Origin: Octopus bimaculoides
Taxonomy: Eukaryota
DNA length: 40,893 nt
Assembly: GCF_001194135.2 (NCBI RefSeq)
Contig: NC_068982.1
Coordinates: 20,136,620-20,177,512, forward strand
Reading direction: 5' to 3'
A program made the position numbers and the translations under genes. Positions 35,656 to 40,893 of the stretch are shown here, piece after piece; within the stretch, counting starts at the first letter, position 1, and each line of letters begins with the position of its first letter. A model generated the notes under the pieces. That model worked only from the letters and a program-made list of their open reading frames with translations. It was not told the DNA's origin and searched no databases.

Positions 35656-36815
35656 CGTCATTTTTACAAGACATATATCAATTCATCTATTTACATCATT
35701 TGCACAGCGCGGTTCCTCTGTACCTAATCAGATATATCACCGTGTAATATATGACCTGAAATAAATTTAGTTTACAGTGAACTCCATAGAAATGTAGATG
35801 TTGCAATGGCTATAAATAGCGAATAGTCATTTGGGATTCAATATAAAGTAATATTAACTTACAATGGGAATGAAATGTTCATAAAATATCATTTATTATG
35901 AAGTATTAACAATTCTTCCTGAGAGCTCTTTAATTATATTAAATTAGAAAATTTTAAAATCTTGAGAAAAAATTTTATGAAGTACATATGACCTCTCAAA
36001 TCCAATTCGTATAATCGATTGCTTGAGAGAAATCTTGAATAAATCTGATATTAGTTGCTGCAAAGAACAACGTCTTTACCAATTAAATAGATAGCGAGAA
36101 GTAATCCCGCTTGAATATATCGCATAAAATGTGCATTTATTTACGTTAGTAGATATATACATATATACATTTATACACACACTCATGGCATATGCAGGTC
36201 ATTTCAGTGTGAATTCCTTGTCATTATGTGAAAGAAATACTTGAATAAATAAAACTAAAAATTATTCAGCATGATGTTTAAGAAAACCATTCTATATCGG
36301 TCGTGTGTTTTAATTGTATTAGTAGTATCGCTTAATCGGAATTATATTGGACAACATTGTATGGTTTAATTGTAATTGAAGTGTACTATATACCATTAAC
36401 TTACTGTTGATATGTGTTTTGACATAGAAAGTGCTTCGAGAATGACATGTGTCAAAGCAAAACAACAAAAAAAAAACCAAAACAAATGAATAAACAAATT
36501 AAAATTGCTATATCGTTCGTAAAATAGTTGATAGAAAGTGTTTCTAGCCAGATTAATTATGCTGTAGATAATACTGATATGTTATATTCTGTGTCATTGA
36601 ATTTAAAATTATAGTTTACATTGATATTTCCGACTTATTTCACAAAAAACTCCACTTGATTACACACTGGGAATATAAACAACCTATACACTTTTCAATA
36701 TTTAGCACAGTATTTATAATTTAATTCCTTGTCGTTATCATTAAATTCCATATCAGCATCGGAAACTTGTATTTCAATATTGTTCACATAATATGATTGA
36801 TACGATGCTGCTTGG

Positions 36816-36816
<1 letters not shown>

Positions 36817-36848
<32 letters not shown>

Positions 36849-36862
36849 GCACACACACACAC

Positions 36863-36900
<38 letters not shown>
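36817..36900. repeat. (CA)n microsatellite
   Basis: Direct. Confidence 0.95.
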
Positions 36901-36902
<2 letters not shown>

Positions 36903-37097
36903 GATAGATCGCTGCCCACTACATTTATATTTTTTTCTCCTTGTTTCTCTCCTTGTTTCTTTCTGTGTTCTTTTCAGTTGAAGAGTGTAGGTTCGAAACG
37001 TTAAAGACTTTCTCTATTCCTGAGCGTTAGACTAATACATCTATTTGTTGTTTATACCACCTGTCTTCGTCTGTTGTTTTTTTTCGTAAATTCTCCC
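36901..37097 (+). mobile_element. Penelope-like pLTR fragment between (CA)n and (TA)n
   Basis: Core TTGAAGAGTGTAGGTTCGAAACGTT at 36978-37002; ends TTCTCCC-(AT)n. Confidence 0.6.
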
Positions 37098-37140
37098 ATA
37101 TATATATATATATATATATATACAAACACATACATAATAC

Positions 37141-37351
37141 AGTGGTATCAAATTTTGGCACAAAGCCAGTAATTTCGGAGAACGGGCTAAATCGATTATA
37201 TCGACCCCAGTACTCAACTGGTGCTTATTTCAATGACTCCGAAAGGATGAAAAGCAAGGTCGACCTCGGTGGAATTTGAACTCAGATTGTAAAGACGAAC
37301 AAAATACTACTAAGCTTTTTGCCCGGCGTGATGACGATTCTGACCGCCTTA
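37141..37351 (-). mobile_element. SINE family B
   Basis: TCGATTATATCGACCCCAGT...CGAAAGGATGAAAAGCAAGGTCGACCTCGGTGGAATTTGAACTCAG matches 7035-7130. Confidence 0.88.
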
Positions 37352-37471
37352 CACACATATCTAACATACTGATATATAATTAAATAATATTTAAACGTCA
37401 TTATTTTATAGGACTTTAATCAATGCGTTCTTCTTATCGCAGGTGTTAATATGCATTGATATTTACTGTGG

Positions 37472-37560
37472 TTATTTATTTTCTTCAAGCGCGGCCTCAT
37501 AGAAATCGTCAAAAACGAAAGCAGCAGACACTTTACTTGTCTGTTGATTGGAATATTCGC
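37472..37560 (-). CDS. Candidate terminal coding exon (phase 1) of an unidentified host gene
   Basis: Acceptor ...ACTTCTACAAGCTACAG|, open frame EYSNQQTSKVSAAFVFDDFYEAALEENK*. No homology recognised. Confidence 0.2.
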
Positions 37561-38199
37561 CTGTAGCTTGTAGAAGTTACACAATAAACATATTGAGATA
37601 TTGTTCCTCGAGTCGCGTTTGTCTCTATTTATTTGTGGAGTAGTTTAAAATGCTCTTCACTGTTATCACAGTTTCGACACGTCCTTCATAGTTTTCTAAA
37701 ATATCAGTTTATTATTACACCTTCCTAATAAGTAAACTAATTAGAATCCACGAATTCACTTTATTTTCGATGATTTACTTTAAAATAAATCTAATGTTCT
37801 TCTGTTCTAGTGAAATGATGAAACATTAAACATTTTCACATCTTATCGATTTAAAAGATAGTTCAGAATGAACTTCATAAAATACTGTAAAACTACTAAC
37901 ATATAGAACCTGAAATATAAGTGCTTATATTTAAAAAAATGTTTCTCAAAATATTTCTATTAGTAATATATAGTTCAATTTTTAATGCTGTGCTTTGGGG
38001 TATATATTATTTCAACTTATTCTGTGAAGATCTAAAAAGAATAAATTTCACTGAAGACTCATAGCTGAAGGCAATCACATTGAAAACAAGTAACACTATG
38101 TAATACTTCACCCAGAAATTTGTTATACAGTAGTTAACAACTAACAACTAACAAATTGCATACATACTGGCTTTTAGTTTCCCATACACACAAACAGAC

Positions 38200-38545
38200 A
38201 CTCACTCACTCACTCACTCACTCACTCACATACAGAATGACTGACTGACTGACTGACTGACTGACTGACTCATTCACTCACTCACTCACTCACTCACTCA
38301 CTCACACACTCACTCATTCACTCACTCACTCACTCACTCATTCACTCACTCAGTTACTCACTAGATCACTCACACACTCGCTCACACTCACTCACTCGCT
38401 CACACTCACTCACTCACTCACTCACTCACTCACTCACTCACACACTCACTCATTCACTCACTCACTCACTCATTCACTCACTCAGTTACTCACTAGATCA
38501 CTCACTCACTCACTCACTCATTCACTAAATCCCTCACTCACATAC
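38200..38545. repeat. (TCAC)n/(TGAC)n tetranucleotide array with an internal 132-nt higher-order duplication
   Basis: Marker CAGTTACTCACTAGATCACTCAC at 38351 and 38483. Confidence 0.92.
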
Positions 38546-38960
38546 AAACTGGCATACCCAACAGACTTATGTGTGTGTGCATCGATCACCGGACCGACAT
38601 TGCAAAACCGTGGATTAAAATATTTCTAAAGCTGAGTTGGTACGAAGGTAGTAGAACATAAAGTTTAATTGATAAAAATTTGCTTAAATACAAACATATT
38701 ATTTTGTGCTCCCCTGTCTTGTGCATTATATCAATATAATCGTAACTATAACGTTAAACATACTAGCAAATTATCGAAATATTAATGACCTTTAAGTACC
38801 AGTTCCAGGAATGCATTTAATATGTAAATTGATATATCCAATAGCTACACACCTCTAGATATAGTAGGTATTTAAGCAATGTGTTCGAGGATGATTAATG
38901 AGTTAGATGGATGCTGATGAAGAGAAAAACGCCCTGAAATATGACATATACACCCATTAC

Positions 38961-39003
38961 CTGATTTTCATCTTCAATCTCATTGTTTGCTTTCATCTGA
39001 CGC
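38961..39003 (-). CDS. Candidate internal exon, 43 nt
   Basis: Acceptor GTTTCTTTTACCAG|, donor CAG|GTAATG; only one open frame (RQMKANNEIEDENQ), phase-compatible with 39301-39406. Confidence 0.35.
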
Positions 39004-39300
39004 CTGGTAAAAGAAACGTCGTTGCAAAAATCAGTGGTGGCTATAATTTCTATAGTATATCGATAAAGATAAACTAAATAAATTATCGAAATATATAACA
39101 ATAAACAAGTTTGCAAGTTGACAACTTTAAAATCTTCCGTATCTGTAAAAGAGACAAATCGGAATATGATAAACATGTAATTTAAATTTTGGGATTTATT
39201 TCGTTTTTTTTTTTTTTTTTCAATTTGTCATAAATGCTTTCCATCTCATTAACTTGCATATATTTCTTTCAGTCATTTTTTACGAATGCACTCCTCTTAC

Positions 39301-39406
39301 CTCGTTTTGTTTTTTCCGTCATTCTTTCGAACTTTATTAAGAAACACTAACTTCCAGGCAAATTTTCGTTCGTATTTAAATTGGAGACCGCTTGCTGACG
39401 AATTCT
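39301..39406 (-). CDS. Candidate internal exon, 106 nt (or 55 nt with an alternative donor at 39352)
   Basis: Long pyrimidine tract plus TTACTTTACAG|, donor GAG|GTAAGA; open frame NSSASGLQFKYERKFAWKLVFLNKVRKNDGKNKT. Confidence 0.35.
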
Positions 39407-39570
39407 CTGTAAAGTAATATATCAATATTAAAAAAAAGAAGGTTTATACGAGAATACTGACACTGTAATTTAATAAAATTTGCTTAGCAGAAATTTATGT
39501 AATTAAAGATAAATTATGATTCTCAATGCAGATGCGCCCTCGTACAATTGAATGCACCTGCAGTACTTAC

Positions 39571-39612
39571 TTCGTGATAAATATTTTCAGATATCGCACG
39601 AGGGTGATGCAT
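39571..39612 (-). CDS. Candidate exon, 42 nt
   Basis: Acceptor TATATTTTTCAG|, donor GAA|GTAAGT; frame 0 reads MHHPRAISENIYHE. Confidence 0.25.
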
Positions 39613-40736
39613 CTGAAAAATATAGTCGAATAATTATTTTTGCTTAAATCTTTAACAGAGTAATAGGATGATAGAAATATATTTAATACTATAAAATACT
39701 AAGCCTGAAATTTGTGTAGTAGTCTTTGTGTGTCTGTCGGGGTGGGCCAGAAAGAATAGTTAACTTCAGTGAGGCAGGTAGGAAATAAAAGTGTAATATT
39801 TTTGAAAGTTAATGAAATAGAAATAAGATGTGCGCGTGTTTGTCTTACACCCTAGTTCACACTGATAGCAAGCCGAAGAATATCTTGCGTAAATCTGTCA
39901 AACAAATCACTGAGTTAAATTAGTGTTCCCTTTCTGTCACTATCATATACGGTGCACTAGTCATGTCATGCTCACCAAATACTTAAAATGTTCCTTGGTC
40001 ATGTGTATATAACTAATTTATAAAGATAAACGCTTTTGTAGCTCAATCCCTGGAAGAGCAACCGATCGACTAGCTGAAAGGAAATTGACAGATTCAAATG
40101 CCATATCATTTATAAACTCGATCATTTGTGTACAGTGTAGGTAAAAGTATCCTTTGGGGATAAAGAAATTTATTGATTTAATATTTCCCACTATGTCGGT
40201 TGTCAGTGTGAATTTTATGGCGCATAATTTCAGGAAACCTCTTTTGATTCTAACCTACTTATCCCGGTTTTCTTTTAGATTGAAAGTTCCTTTTCTGTGT
40301 GTTTTATTCAGAATTTATCACGCTTTCATCAGTAACTCATATACTATTAGTCACATTTCAGGATTCAGTAATGTCTACTTCGTATATGATTCAATATATT
40401 ATCTGGATTGATACTATACACTCACTAACATAAATAATTATTCATATACCTTTGATATATATGGCCAAGTGACATAAAAGCTCCATTTTTCAGGTATGCT
40501 CTGCAAACATCTTGAATACACAGTACTATACAGTTAAACACAATTTAAAACGCCAAAACTAGACAGCATTTTAATAAAAATAAATTGGAATGGGAAAAGT
40601 AACTTAATTTACTAACATGCTTCAATCACTAGGGTAATAACAAGTAATGTACATTTCTTTTTGATACTATAAAAGTACTGCTGCTTGAATATATTCGACT
40701 GAGTATAGTGTGATAATCATTTTTGTTTAGCGTGTC

Positions 40737-40893
40737 ACCAGTCGATTACGACCACCTCAGTACGCGACTGGTACTTATTTTATCGACACTGAAAGGATAA
40801 AAGACAATGTCGATCCCGGCAGAATTTGAACTCAGAAAGTAATGATGGACGAAATACCTCAAAGTATTTAGCCCGGCGTCCTAACGATTCTCC
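40737..40893 (-). mobile_element. SINE family B, cut by the window end
   Basis: GTCGATTA...ACTGGTACTTATTTTATCGAC...GGCAGAATTTGAACTCAG. Confidence 0.85.

Overview
AT-rich eukaryotic (animal) genomic DNA from a gapped short-read scaffold, with 11 N-runs totalling about 2.9 kb. The microsatellite density and the SINE families suggest an octopus (Octopus bimaculoides-like) genome; this is recognition from memory, not a database result. The window is mostly a transposon and microsatellite graveyard. It holds tRNA-derived SINEs of at least four families (my labels A-D), four copies of a (TA)n-associated Penelope-like terminal repeat with a variant hammerhead-like core, RTE-clade and R4/Dong-like LINE remnants, and a 1.44-kb Helitron deletion derivative with both termini and the Pif1-helicase C-terminus. 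I found no complete protein-coding gene, rRNA, true tRNA gene or CRISPR array, and most entries in the ORF track are artefacts of N-runs or simple repeats. The most unusual object is a minus-strand unit at about 1080-3350: a canonical-looking Pol II promoter, a long leader, a decayed ORF of about 420 codons (tentatively ORF1/Gag-like, middle hidden by a gap) with no pol behind it, and four GAGG-N7/8-CCTC hairpin boxes starting right after the stop codon. A cluster of phase-compatible candidate short exons on the minus strand at 37.5-39.6 kb may belong to an unidentified host gene.
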